A stretch of DNA of 64,000 bases from a virus: IMG/VR virus record IMGVR_UViG_3300027509_000012, one strand, 5' to 3'. The position numbers and the translations under genes were made by a program. The notes under the pieces are model-generated. The model saw nothing but the letters and a program-made list of their open reading frames with translations, ran no database searches and was not told where the DNA came from. Below, in pieces: positions 38,499 to 48,819 of this stretch. Within the stretch, counting starts at the first letter, position 1. Each line of letters opens with the position of its first letter.

Positions 38499-39488
38499 TT
38501 ATCTTTCTGTAATTATAGGATTAATTTTATTAATAAAATATTCCAATTTTTTATTTTCAGGCATATTTTTTGAAAATTCGAAATATGGAATTCGAAATAT
38601 TTCAATTTTATTATCTACTGCTAATCGATTTTTAATTAAATCCGCTTTTTTTAATTTAATAAAATTCAAAACTCCACCAAAAAATTTAATAGGTTTATAA
38701 TGCTGTCTTCCATCTAATTCAAATATTACATCAATATCTTGCAAATAAAAATCATAACGACCTTTTTTATTTCTGGGGTTATTACTCAGATTTAATGTAC
38801 TATATTCCCGAATATAATTGATATTTGGATGTAATTCATTTAAAAAATATTCAAATGAATTTTCTGTTTCCTTTCCAATTCCGCATTTCGGACATCCCTT
38901 ACGATTCAAGTGATCATTAGGGCGTTGATTAAACGATCCGTGTTTTTTACAATTAATTTTTACCTTAATATTTGATTTTATATAATCAACATCATTGTAA
39001 CTATATAAGTCATTATGAATTATTTTAGCTTTTTTTATAAATTCAATAGTATTACTTGTTTGATTATTTGAAATTTTATATTTCCCACATTGAGGACAGC
39101 CTTGACCAGATATATGAGTTGACGGTAACTGCCAAAAATATTTTTTATGAAAATTACAATAAATTTTTATTTTTGTTTTTGCGTTAATATATTTAACTAA
39201 ATTATAATTATATAAATCACCATGTGTATTTTTTGCTTTAATATTGAAATCATTTCTTGCTTTTTCATTTTTAGCATTGGATCTTTGTTCAATACCACAT
39301 TTTTTACATCCTCTACTATTCAAATGATCGTTTGGTGATTGACTAAATTTTCCATGTATATGACATATTATTGATATTTTTGTATGATTATTTACATAAT
39401 CAACTAATTCATAATTGAATAAATCACCATGAATCATAATTGCTTTAGTAATAAACTCTTTAGTTGATATTGCGTTAAAATGTGGCAT
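38499..39488 (-). mobile_element. Putative homing endonuclease (3 Zn-binding repeats plus Vsr/DUF559-like nuclease)
   Basis: Three 'IHGD..NY..V.Y...KI.I.C..H...HL..GC..C' repeats; 'RYDFYL...FELDGRQHY...D..KN'; very AT-rich; between gp25 and the wedge gene. Confidence 0.8.
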
Positions 39489-39853
39489 TATTGAAAATCT
39501 ATATTCAGGTCTAATACGTCAGTCAAATTTAATTCTACATAAAATAAAGAAACAGACACTATCACTGCACTTTGATCAGCATTAATTTGCATTTGAAAAT
39601 CTAACACCTCAACTCTAGGGTCATAATCAAATACATCACGCAACTCTTGCTCCAACATATCAGTAGTAGCTTCGTCTAATGGTTCGAAAATTAATTCTTG
39701 AACCAATGTGCCAAACGTTGGCATCATCACGCGACTTCCCTTACTAGTGAAGATGTGATTAATCAAGTCAGTTTTAACTAACTCGACATCAGATTCACTA
39801 AATTGCTTGTTCTTCTGAAATTTGAAGGAATTAAATCCATTATAAACTGACAT
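39488..39853 (-). CDS. gp25: Baseplate wedge gp25-like protein
   Basis: 'LINHIFTSKGSRVMMPTFG...LIFEP...YDPRV'. Confidence 0.9.
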   Translation of the reverse strand: MSVYNGFNSFKFQKNKQFSESDVELVKTDLINHIFTSKGSRVMMPTFGTLVQELIFEPLDEATTDMLEQELRDVFDYDPRVEVLDFQMQINADQSAVIVSVSLFYVELNLTDVLDLNIDFQ

Positions 39854-39885
39854 TTTTTATTCTCATACGTTTAATAGTATTTACT

Positions 39886-41556
39886 TTATCTACGCCATTT
39901 TTCATTTCGATCAAAATCTATACTTCTTTGATCACTCTTTCTACCGACATTTGGATCATCATAACCGTATTCTGTAACAGTTGCGATGTTATCAACATTT
40001 AATTTATCAAACAATTCAAGTGATGATTCACCAGCTTGTTCCTTATCAGTTTCATCTTTATTAAGATATGATCGTGGAAATGGTTCGTGTGTCGGCGATC
40101 TTGACACTAGATATGCTGGTAATTCTTTAGCTTCATCATCGGCAGCAGTGTCTGGTGCACCAATAACTGTTGGTGTTGATGTTGCTCCAGATGGAAATGA
40201 TGGAAATGTAGTACCAATTGTACTTGGTGGTGGCTCTGGAATTTTTGGAGCAATATAAAAATGCTCATGAGCGTTTAATGATCTAAGCGGTGATATGCAA
40301 TCACTACCAAATACATTTCCATTGGCTATAACATTAGTACCAGCTCCTAATTCCCCAACAACATTAATTCCTGTACCATTAAAATTATATCCATTCGTCT
40401 TAATCATTAAATCAGTTGCTTTTAAATTTATATTGCCATCAGTTTCTATTGCCACTGAATCTGATTTGATCGATACCTTACCACCAACTTTAAATGCTAA
40501 ATCACCGTCTACTTCTGAAACAGTGTTTGGGCTATGCATTTTTAAATCACCATCTGATCTTACATGAGTTGATTCTTTTGAGTGCATTCTAATATCTTTA
40601 CCAGATGCTAAGTGAATTCCTTTGGCCCCTGCTATTCGAACAGATTTACCAGCAGAGAGATTTAAATCACCATCTGAATGAATGGATGTATCTTCTGATG
40701 AATATATATCAATTGTTCCCTTGCCATCAATTTCAATCCATGTATTTCCTAATGCAGTACCAATGTATATTCGTTCATTAGTATCATCCAAAATAACTTG
40801 GTGTCCAGTTGCAGTTCTAAATCGAATACGAGAATTCTGTGGATCATCGTCCATTACTGAAGAATGTCTACCCGGGGTGGTTGTTGAATATATAGAACTT
40901 CTATTATTAGAATATCCTTGTGTAAATTTTGTTGATTTACCATCAGATCGATCAATGTTAAAATCTATATCGTCTGGTTCTTCACTATATGTTACAGCCG
41001 TACCAATACTTTCTGCTGAGATTGCCGAAACTTGACGATCAATTATTCTAGTTCCGTATTCGTAACTATCAACATTATTGTTAAATGCTTCTCTCGCATT
41101 AGATGCAAGTGGCTCCACTTCTTTTTCGGTAGATGATAAAGGTACTTTACTATCAGCTTTAAATCTTCCATGTGGCATGGTATGCGTGAAATAATCACCC
41201 TGTAAACAACCAATCCATACGCGACGGTTTGGAAGACCATCAACTAATGTTACTAATGCAGTAGCACCAACATCAGGTATAGCCCATGTGCCATATGACA
41301 TAACACCACCAGTTGTATCTTCATCAGGACCAGTAGTTGGGTTTACAGATACGCCAGCGAATGGTGCACAATAAGATGCCCACGGAATATGCTCAATTTC
41401 TGATGCAACGTCGCCATAAGTAGGACAAAATACTTTAATTCTTCCACGCTGAAGTGGATCGTTAACATCAACAACTTTACCAGATGTTATTCCTAATTCA
41501 TAAGCACGTTCATCGGATGACTCGGCCATTTCATCCATTATTCCTGTTCTATTCAT
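39886..41556 (-). CDS. gp5: Baseplate central spike (gp5/VgrG-like; OB fold plus beta helix, no lysozyme)
   Basis: 'GKVVDVNDPLQRGRIKV', 'IPDVG', 'TATGHQVILDDT', beta-helix repeats. Confidence 0.8.
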   Translation of the reverse strand: MNRTGIMDEMAESSDERAYELGITSGKVVDVNDPLQRGRIKVFCPTYGDVASEIEHIPWASYCAPFAGVSVNPTTGPDEDTTGGVMSYGTWAIPDVGATALVTLVDGLPNRRVWIGCLQGDYFTHTMPHGRFKADSKVPLSSTEKEVEPLASNAREAFNNNVDSYEYGTRIIDRQVSAISAESIGTAVTYSEEPDDIDFNIDRSDGKSTKFTQGYSNNRSSIYSTTTPGRHSSVMDDDPQNSRIRFRTATGHQVILDDTNERIYIGTALGNTWIEIDGKGTIDIYSSEDTSIHSDGDLNLSAGKSVRIAGAKGIHLASGKDIRMHSKESTHVRSDGDLKMHSPNTVSEVDGDLAFKVGGKVSIKSDSVAIETDGNINLKATDLMIKTNGYNFNGTGINVVGELGAGTNVIANGNVFGSDCISPLRSLNAHEHFYIAPKIPEPPPSTIGTTFPSFPSGATSTPTVIGAPDTAADDEAKELPAYLVSRSPTHEPFPRSYLNKDETDKEQAGESSLELFDKLNVDNIATVTEYGYDDPNVGRKSDQRSIDFDRNEKWRR

Positions 41557-41578
41557 TATAATTCACCGTACCCATTAA

Positions 41579-43972
41579 TCATCTTGAATCATCCGCTGGT
41601 GTATCATCATCTGGTTCAACTAAATCTCTACCATCATATTGAATGTGAATGTGATTGTTAGATGAGTTACTAAAGGTTTCCCACAACACAGTATATCCTC
41701 GACCCTTCAAACCAAGTCTTAATATATCTCTTATAAGTGTTCCTTGAACATTCGTAAGATTATTTCCTCTTACATCAACTGCTTTATTAAAAGCATGTAA
41801 AGATTTTCGTGGTGGATCTGAGCCAGCCACTGTTGTATTTCTATAAGTGGATGTTATAACTGGTCGTATATTTGGAGCATGTAATGCCCAAGCAGCAGTG
41901 ATTGTCGTGTAAATGTCTAACATAGTTTGATCCAATTCATATGGATGAACTTGAACGCCACGCGCTCCAGTTTTGTATAATAAACTTGCATCAGCATAGC
42001 CATCTGCATTAGGATCATCTGCTGCTATAATCGGCAGATCTAAATCTACCTCTGAAAGTAATCCATCAAATTTTTCTTTATCTTCTTGAATATTTCTTTT
42101 AGAAACTGCTTTTTTTACTGCTTCATCTGGTTGCGTTTCATTTGTTTTGGGTGTCAAGCCAGCGCTAGATTCTCTGTCGCCGGGTACGCTGAACATATCT
42201 ATAACTTGCGTAAATTCACCATTACTAAAAATATTTTCAATTTTAAGTAAGTTATAAAAACCACGATACCAAAAATCTTTTGTACCAACAACTGAATCAT
42301 TTTCTAAGGTTCCAGCTAAATCGGTATTCGTTGGATATTTTATATTAACTTTAATTAATGCAGGTACATGAAACCAATCAGATGCGCCCGTAGCTTCTTC
42401 TGAAATTTGACTACTTTCACCTTCTAAAATATCTTTATAAAAAGGAGTTGTTTCACTTAAAAGTTGTGGATTGCCTGCTATCTTGATAGTTGCAGAAACA
42501 TTTTCTAATGCTGCCTGTCGCTCCAATAAAGAATCAAAAGATAAATCCTTTGTAGGATCAACATGTTCTTGAGCTGCACCTTTCGTTACGTTTAATCCAA
42601 GATATAGAATATCTTTCTTATTAGATGAATCTGCTTTTGTTCCAGCAGTTATATCAACACCTTTACCCTCTCCACCATTATCAGTCGTACTGAGAACTGA
42701 AGTTCCTTCTGTTGTTTCACGTTGAGAATCTGATTTATTTTTAGCACTGCCTGCGGTTTGGAAAAATGATAATCCCATATCCATTTTAATATTAAAATCT
42801 AATATATCTACATTTTTACCAGTGTATATATAATTAAATTCAATAAATTCACCTGCCTTTGGTTCTATTTCTTCATTATGTTTTTGTAGTGTTGTTTTAT
42901 ATCTATTAAGTTTATAAACAACTTCCTGAACATTTGAGTCAGACGATGGTACTAGTGTAGATATTATTTTTGATGTGTATGTTTGCCCAGATGCATTTTC
43001 GCCCTTAGCATCCTTTCCCATCTGTTCAGAGGAACTAAGAATCTTATCAATCATAGTTGTTATGCTTGACTGAGGTGGTGCTTGAATAATAAATTTACCC
43101 AAATCATCATCATTTGATGTTGATGCTTGCCCACCAACCAAATATGGAGCTGAGTTATATGGCTCATCTACTTCTAATCGATATCTAACTTTTTTATAAT
43201 TATCTTGTAAATATTTAAATCCGTCGCTGTAATCACCACCTTCGACTGCTTTATTTGCACTCAGTGTCTGAGCTAACTCTTTATATCTATCTTCATAACG
43301 TGTATTGATTCTTTCCTCTAGAACCTTTAATGCAGCGCCCACTGTTATGTTGCGCTCCAATTTAAGACCCATACCATTTGTTATCATAGAAATTTGTGCT
43401 TGTTTGCCGAGTCCGTTTGCAGTACTAACAAAATCCAACTGATATGTGGCACCACCTTCATCCATGACAGCCTTGATATCAATTGCGTTAAAAGCAAATG
43501 GTTTAATACGTGAAATTATTTCTTGTTGACCTGTTGATGCATCATGTCCAATAAAAATAGTTTTTAATATAAAAACTAGGCCAGATGGTGTTCGTTCTAG
43601 AGAGTCTGTTGATTCAGCTAACACTCGAAGAAACTCAATTCCAAACGGTTCGTGAATCTCCATTGAGCCTGATGATTCTATTGTATTTGCAACTCGAATA
43701 CCATTTTTACTAGATGGAGCTAAAAGTGTTTCCCATTTACATTTATTAATTGAAAAGTTAATATCCTTTCTAGAATCTACTAATATAATGTATTTTCCAG
43801 AGTTTGTTAATTCTATAGGATTGTATCTTACATCTATTGCGTTCGATGGTCGTTCAAAAGCTGTCTCATCATTAATAATGGTATCCACAGTTTCCATGCC
43901 ATCAGTTACCACTAAAACGTGGTGATAAGCATATGAATTAAATTTTGCAAGTGGATTTGGTGGATTTGACAT
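41579..43972 (-). CDS. Baseplate hub-like protein with C-terminal peptidase M15-like domain
   Basis: 'NPL..F.SY.Y', 'YIYTGKN.DIL.F', 'I.G.P', 'F.NG.FTQ'; C-terminal 'ITSTYR...SLH...AVD...HIHIQ'. Confidence 0.7.
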   Translation of the reverse strand: MSNPPNPLAKFNSYAYHHVLVVTDGMETVDTIINDETAFERPSNAIDVRYNPIELTNSGKYIILVDSRKDINFSINKCKWETLLAPSSKNGIRVANTIESSGSMEIHEPFGIEFLRVLAESTDSLERTPSGLVFILKTIFIGHDASTGQQEIISRIKPFAFNAIDIKAVMDEGGATYQLDFVSTANGLGKQAQISMITNGMGLKLERNITVGAALKVLEERINTRYEDRYKELAQTLSANKAVEGGDYSDGFKYLQDNYKKVRYRLEVDEPYNSAPYLVGGQASTSNDDDLGKFIIQAPPQSSITTMIDKILSSSEQMGKDAKGENASGQTYTSKIISTLVPSSDSNVQEVVYKLNRYKTTLQKHNEEIEPKAGEFIEFNYIYTGKNVDILDFNIKMDMGLSFFQTAGSAKNKSDSQRETTEGTSVLSTTDNGGEGKGVDITAGTKADSSNKKDILYLGLNVTKGAAQEHVDPTKDLSFDSLLERQAALENVSATIKIAGNPQLLSETTPFYKDILEGESSQISEEATGASDWFHVPALIKVNIKYPTNTDLAGTLENDSVVGTKDFWYRGFYNLLKIENIFSNGEFTQVIDMFSVPGDRESSAGLTPKTNETQPDEAVKKAVSKRNIQEDKEKFDGLLSEVDLDLPIIAADDPNADGYADASLLYKTGARGVQVHPYELDQTMLDIYTTITAAWALHAPNIRPVITSTYRNTTVAGSDPPRKSLHAFNKAVDVRGNNLTNVQGTLIRDILRLGLKGRGYTVLWETFSNSSNNHIHIQYDGRDLVEPDDDTPADDSR

Positions 43973-44331
43973 TATTCAACAATATTTCCGTTAGCCGATT
44001 TAGATAATACCACACTTTGTAATCTACTAGAAGATGGAAGTGTGATGGTTTTACCTGCGACTAATTCTTCATTGATATCCACAATATTATTAAATTGTAA
44101 AACAACCCATGCGTATTTTGGATTTTTATAAACAGCAAATGCGATTAAATCTGGACGATGTTCTGTGTTTATATCAATATCAAAAAATATGTCAGTTGAA
44201 TGCTTAGGAATAACTCTACGCTCCCACCATCCTAACCGATTGTTGTAAATATCAACTAGCCCACCTTGCGTATAGCGAGTTGATCCTTTTGATGAATTCT
44301 TTAAATTGCTTGTATTAACTACTATTGCCAT
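43972..44331 (-). CDS. Baseplate gp53/LysM-like protein
   Basis: 'RPDLIAFAVY.NP.YAWVVLQFN...G.TI.LP'. Confidence 0.8.
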   Translation of the reverse strand: MAIVVNTSNLKNSSKGSTRYTQGGLVDIYNNRLGWWERRVIPKHSTDIFFDIDINTEHRPDLIAFAVYKNPKYAWVVLQFNNIVDINEELVAGKTITLPSSSRLQSVVLSKSANGNIVE

Positions 44332-44343
44332 TTTAATAATCTC

Positions 44344-45048
44344 TTATAATTCGCCACGTTTAAATTTACTCAAATCAAATTTTTCATATTCTGATGGAGA
44401 GCGAGCTTCAATTAAACTCAAATCAACATTCATTAAAGTTGGCATTGGTGTTGGATTTGCCCCTTCGGTTGGAATGTAATCAACATCTGCTGGATAGTTT
44501 ATATTTAATGATTCTATAACCACTGGTACTTTACGTAAATGTCCAATTGAATCAGTTCCAACTCCCTGACTTACTCCAAGCCTTGAATATGCTGATAGTA
44601 ACAAAAGCTGTGGTGGTGCACCCAAATAACTTTTTGAACTATCTGATCCTATTTCATCAATTAAATTTTTAATTCCCTCGTTACTAAATGGACCATTATT
44701 TCCTAATTTTTCTCGTCGAGCAGCGTCAGTTCGAATATTGGATTCTGACTGGCCGAATGTCGGCATAGTCCAACCACGTAATGTCCATAGCTTAGCTAAA
44801 TTAATTGCTGCTTCTCGTGGTGATCTGGATGCAAATCTAATAGCTGTCAATTGAAAGCGTCTAGCTGCTGTTCCTTGATATACCAGAATCTGGCCGGGCG
44901 CATGGACTGGATCGTACATCTTATAATTAACGTTTCGAGTTTCCGATAATTCCGGTGTTACGTTAAATACAACTGCACGTTTTGCATCACTCACCGAATT
45001 ATTAATTAATGATGGTGCCAATCGTATTTTGTAGTGTTCAGAATCCAT
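44344..45048 (-). CDS. Tail tube initiator-like baseplate protein
   Basis: 'GAPPQLLLLSAY', 'VPVVIESLNINYPADVDYI', 'P.LM.V.LSL.E'. Confidence 0.65.
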   Translation of the reverse strand: MDSEHYKIRLAPSLINNSVSDAKRAVVFNVTPELSETRNVNYKMYDPVHAPGQILVYQGTAARRFQLTAIRFASRSPREAAINLAKLWTLRGWTMPTFGQSESNIRTDAARREKLGNNGPFSNEGIKNLIDEIGSDSSKSYLGAPPQLLLLSAYSRLGVSQGVGTDSIGHLRKVPVVIESLNINYPADVDYIPTEGANPTPMPTLMNVDLSLIEARSPSEYEKFDLSKFKRGEL

Positions 45049-45127
45049 TAATAAGCCTAATAAGTTAGTTGATTATATAGGTTATATTTAGTTTTTTGGA
45101 ACATTTAACAAATTATGACCTCTAAAA

Positions 45128-45156
45128 TTGACATAGTTCATAGATTAATATATACT
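45128..45156 (+). promoter_or_regulatory. Sigma70-type promoter for the late sigma gene
   Basis: TTGACA-17-TATACT. Confidence 0.7.
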
Positions 45157-45179
45157 TTTATGCTAAAGAGGAACAAATA

Positions 45180-45761
45180 ATGTCTGAAACAATTCAATGG
45201 TATGATTCGTCAGTGGATCGATACCTTAAATATAATGAAGAATCAGGTGAACTGATCGCAACAAAAATGACGGAAGGACCATTCAAGGATGTTAAGATCG
45301 TCAAAACACAACCGATTGATAAATCTGTTGAGCAAACTGGTCGTCGAAGAAAGAAAGTTAATTATCTTGCTAATAAAGATTTATTAATTGAATTCAAGAA
45401 AAGTATGGATCAAGGTCAAATGACTGATAAGTTTGCAATGATGTTACAAATGCTAACCCAGCGCATCAGTAAGAAGTCTAATTATGTTAATTATACTTAT
45501 ATAGATGATATGCGAAGTTATGCTATGGTGATGTTGTTAGGTACATGGACTAGATTTGATCCATCTAAGAGTGATAAACCTAATCCATTCTCCTACTACA
45601 CCACATGTATAAACCATTCGTTTATTCAATATCTCAAAAAAGAAAAACAACAAAGAGATATTCGCGATAAAATAATGACTAATAATGGATTGACCGCTTC
45701 ACACTCATATCAGATGGAGCATTCCAACACAAACTATGATGGTAGCTCTGATAAGGATTGA
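45180..45761 (+). CDS. gp55: Late-transcription sigma factor
   Basis: 'NYLANKDLL', 'NYVNYTYIDDM', 'FDPSKSDKPNPFSYYT...F.Q...KEK.Q'. Confidence 0.88.
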   Translation: MSETIQWYDSSVDRYLKYNEESGELIATKMTEGPFKDVKIVKTQPIDKSVEQTGRRRKKVNYLANKDLLIEFKKSMDQGQMTDKFAMMLQMLTQRISKKSNYVNYTYIDDMRSYAMVMLLGTWTRFDPSKSDKPNPFSYYTTCINHSFIQYLKKEKQQRDIRDKIMTNNGLTASHSYQMEHSNTNYDGSSDKD

Positions 45762-45792
45762 ATGATCGCCTGATTTATGGTAAAATCGGGCT

Positions 45793-46887
45793 ATGATAAA
45801 GATCAAAATGACTAAAATGGCGCTGTTCACTGATATTCATTACGGTGCCAAAGATGCTCAGAAGAACGATGCTCAAGACGAAGGACTCCGACACAATCAA
45901 GACTGTGATCGATTTATAGATCATTTTTGTGATGAAGTTCGCAAAGATAAAGAAATCGATTGTATTGGTTTTCTTGGTGATTGGAATCAAAATCGTACAT
46001 CGATTAATTTAGAGACTTTTAAATTTGCCTATGATGGTGCTAAGAAAATAAATGATCTTGGCTTACCTGTCATCGTAATATTAGGTAATCACGATTTATA
46101 TCGTCAAAATTCAAGAACTGTTCATTCACTCCATTTCTTTGAACAGTTTGATAACTTCCATTTAATTGAAGATCCCGAAGTCGTTAAAAATGCAAATGCA
46201 AAAATGCATGATGTTTTCTTCTGTCCCTTCTTAATGCATGGTGAAGAAGCATCATTGCATAGTTTTAAGAAGGTTCCATTGTGGTTTGGTCATTTCGAAT
46301 TCAATGGATATGAAATTACTGCATACGGAACGATGATGGAAAATGGTGCTGACCCTGATGAATTTCCAGAACCAGAATTAATTGTATCTGGTCATTTCCA
46401 TAAACGACAATCAAAGAAAAATAAAAATGTTGTTTATATGGGCAATCCCTTTCCAACTAGCTTTAGTGATGCCAATGATGATAATCGTGGCTGGGCTACT
46501 TATGACTTTAGAAATAATGAAATGCTTTTTAATGTATGGGAAGATGCTCCATCATATAAAAGAATAAGACTCTCTACTATTATCGATAAAGGATTTGATG
46601 ATCTGAATGATCGAACCTACGCAAAAGTTATTGTGGATGTTCCAATATCGTATGAAGAAAGTGCAGAAATTCAAAAAGAATTTATGAAAGATAAAAACCC
46701 TCGTGCCTTTTCATTAGAAGAATCTATAGAAATAGCGGCTGTTATAACCGAATCTGAATCCAGTCAAAAATGGAATAGCGATGAAGGTGCAACGGTAGAT
46801 GAACAGGTAGTTGAAATGTTAGGTGACATTGAATCTGAATATTTAGATACCGATGTGTTAGTTGACGTATACACAGGATTAGAATAA
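45793..46887 (+). CDS. gp47: Recombination nuclease, Mre11/SbcD-like
   Basis: DIH, GDW, GNHD, GHFE, SGHFH. Confidence 0.92.
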   Translation: MIKIKMTKMALFTDIHYGAKDAQKNDAQDEGLRHNQDCDRFIDHFCDEVRKDKEIDCIGFLGDWNQNRTSINLETFKFAYDGAKKINDLGLPVIVILGNHDLYRQNSRTVHSLHFFEQFDNFHLIEDPEVVKNANAKMHDVFFCPFLMHGEEASLHSFKKVPLWFGHFEFNGYEITAYGTMMENGADPDEFPEPELIVSGHFHKRQSKKNKNVVYMGNPFPTSFSDANDDNRGWATYDFRNNEMLFNVWEDAPSYKRIRLSTIIDKGFDDLNDRTYAKVIVDVPISYEESAEIQKEFMKDKNPRAFSLEESIEIAAVITESESSQKWNSDEGATVDEQVVEMLGDIESEYLDTDVLVDVYTGLE

Positions 46888-47090
46888 TGGGCGTATTAGC
46901 GTGTAATAGAAGTGAATGTGAAAACATTATGTGTGATCATCATTCATATGAATATGGTTATATATGTAGAGAATGTCTGGAGGAATTACAGAGTACTCAA
47001 CCAGATAGTGTTATAGAATTTATGGATACACCACGTCAAAAATTGACTCGACCGGCTGTAGATTATTACGAGGTTTTTTGCGATGATTAA
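46887..47090 (+). CDS. Small Cys-rich protein
   Basis: C-x4-C-x4-C...CxxC; overlaps both neighbours. Confidence 0.6.
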   Translation: MGVLACNRSECENIMCDHHSYEYGYICRECLEELQSTQPDSVIEFMDTPRQKLTRPAVDYYEVFCDD

Positions 47091-48819
47091 TTTTAAAAAG
47101 CTAATACTGCAAAATTTTCTTGGTTTTGGTGAGATACCAACTGAGTTTTTATTTGAACGTGATGGTACTACATTAATATGTGGTATTAACGGTGTTGGTA
47201 AATCATCACTGATCAATGGACTTGTTTATACATTATACGGCAAGCCTATGACAAACAGTGTTGGTAAGGTCGATGATCTTATTAATTTTGTTAATCAAAA
47301 GCGTATGCTAACAACTGTAGAGTTTGAAAAGGATGGCTCGTTATATAGAGTAGAGCGAGGCCGTAAGATGAAAACAGGTGCTGCTGGTAACTATGTGCAA
47401 GTATTCAAAGATGGTGAAGATATAACATCTGCTGGTGCTATAAATGGTAATAAGCTAGTAGAAAGTATTATCAATATTCCATACGAGCTGTTTATTAGAA
47501 TAGTTGCCATTTCGTCAACTTATACTCCATTTCTATCATTACCTGTTAAATCTGCCAAAGGTGCTAACCAGACAGACATGATCGAAGAATTATTTAATCT
47601 AACAACATTGACTGAGAAATCTGAAGTATTGAAAGAACAGATTAAAGAAACGAAACGATCTATAGAACATCAGATAGTTAAACGAGATACACTCGAAGAA
47701 GAACGTGAAAAACATACTGATCGAGTTGTCACTGCTGAAGAACGATTGAATAAATGGAATGCAAGCAAAGAAGAAGAATTAGAAGAACTAAATGATCTTC
47801 TTAATAAATTTTCAGCTATCGATGTTGATGCAGAGCAAAAAGTATTTGAAGAACTTGAAAGTCTTGAAAATGAACTACGAGAGCAAAGCTCTCCACGTAG
47901 ATCAGTGAAATCAGTTCTTACTAAGGAAAAGGAAACCAAAGAGAAAACGGAGCACGATCTTAAACATTTGTCTGATGGTAACTGCCCTTATTGTAAACAA
48001 GAAATGGCTGATGCTAAATCTAAAATAAAGGCATGTCAGAAAGTATTAAAAGCATGTAATCAAAGCATTGAAGAAAATACAGAATTGCTCCAAGAGATTG
48101 ACGATAAGATAGAAGAAATCGATCTTAAAATTAATGCACTCGAAGGAACTACTTCAGTTAATTCAATTGCTGAATTATTCGATAGTCGTAATAAGATTGA
48201 GAAGTATTCAGAACGATTGGAAAAACTTAACAATGAAGAAAATCCACATGAAGAAGCATTCGATGAATTATTAGAAATCAGTATTAGTGATTTTGATAAT
48301 GCAACGATAAATGAATTGGATGATTTAATGACTCATCAAAATATGGTTCTTAAATTATTAACTAAGAAAGATTCATTTATTCGAGTTAATCTGATCAATC
48401 GAAGTATTCCTTATTTGAATAAACGATTGAATCATTATTTACATCAACTTAAATTAACTCAGGTTATTGAATTTAAATCTGATATGACTGCAACAGTAAG
48501 TCAATTCGGACGTGGATTAGATTTTGGTAATTTATCGAATGGACAGAAAACTAGAGTTAATTTAGCAGTATCTTTTGCATTCCGTGATGTTTTACAGAAT
48601 TTACATGGACATATAAATATATGTCTGCTTGATGAGCTACTTGATCAAGGACTTGATACCGAAGGTGCGCTTATAGCAGCAGACATGTTAAATCACAAAG
48701 CTGAAAATGAAGATATATCTATATTTGTTATTGCTCATAAAGAAGAACTCCAAAACAGCTTTAAATCTAAAATCAAAGTAACAATGGAAGATTCATTTAC
48801 TAAAATTAATTATGATTAA
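47083..48819 (+). CDS. gp46: Recombination ATPase, Rad50/SbcC-like
   Basis: GINGVGKS, Zn hook CPYC, LSNGQ, LLDE, IAH. Confidence 0.93.
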   Translation: MINFKKLILQNFLGFGEIPTEFLFERDGTTLICGINGVGKSSLINGLVYTLYGKPMTNSVGKVDDLINFVNQKRMLTTVEFEKDGSLYRVERGRKMKTGAAGNYVQVFKDGEDITSAGAINGNKLVESIINIPYELFIRIVAISSTYTPFLSLPVKSAKGANQTDMIEELFNLTTLTEKSEVLKEQIKETKRSIEHQIVKRDTLEEEREKHTDRVVTAEERLNKWNASKEEELEELNDLLNKFSAIDVDAEQKVFEELESLENELREQSSPRRSVKSVLTKEKETKEKTEHDLKHLSDGNCPYCKQEMADAKSKIKACQKVLKACNQSIEENTELLQEIDDKIEEIDLKINALEGTTSVNSIAELFDSRNKIEKYSERLEKLNNEENPHEEAFDELLEISISDFDNATINELDDLMTHQNMVLKLLTKKDSFIRVNLINRSIPYLNKRLNHYLHQLKLTQVIEFKSDMTATVSQFGRGLDFGNLSNGQKTRVNLAVSFAFRDVLQNLHGHINICLLDELLDQGLDTEGALIAADMLNHKAENEDISIFVIAHKEELQNSFKSKIKVTMEDSFTKINYD

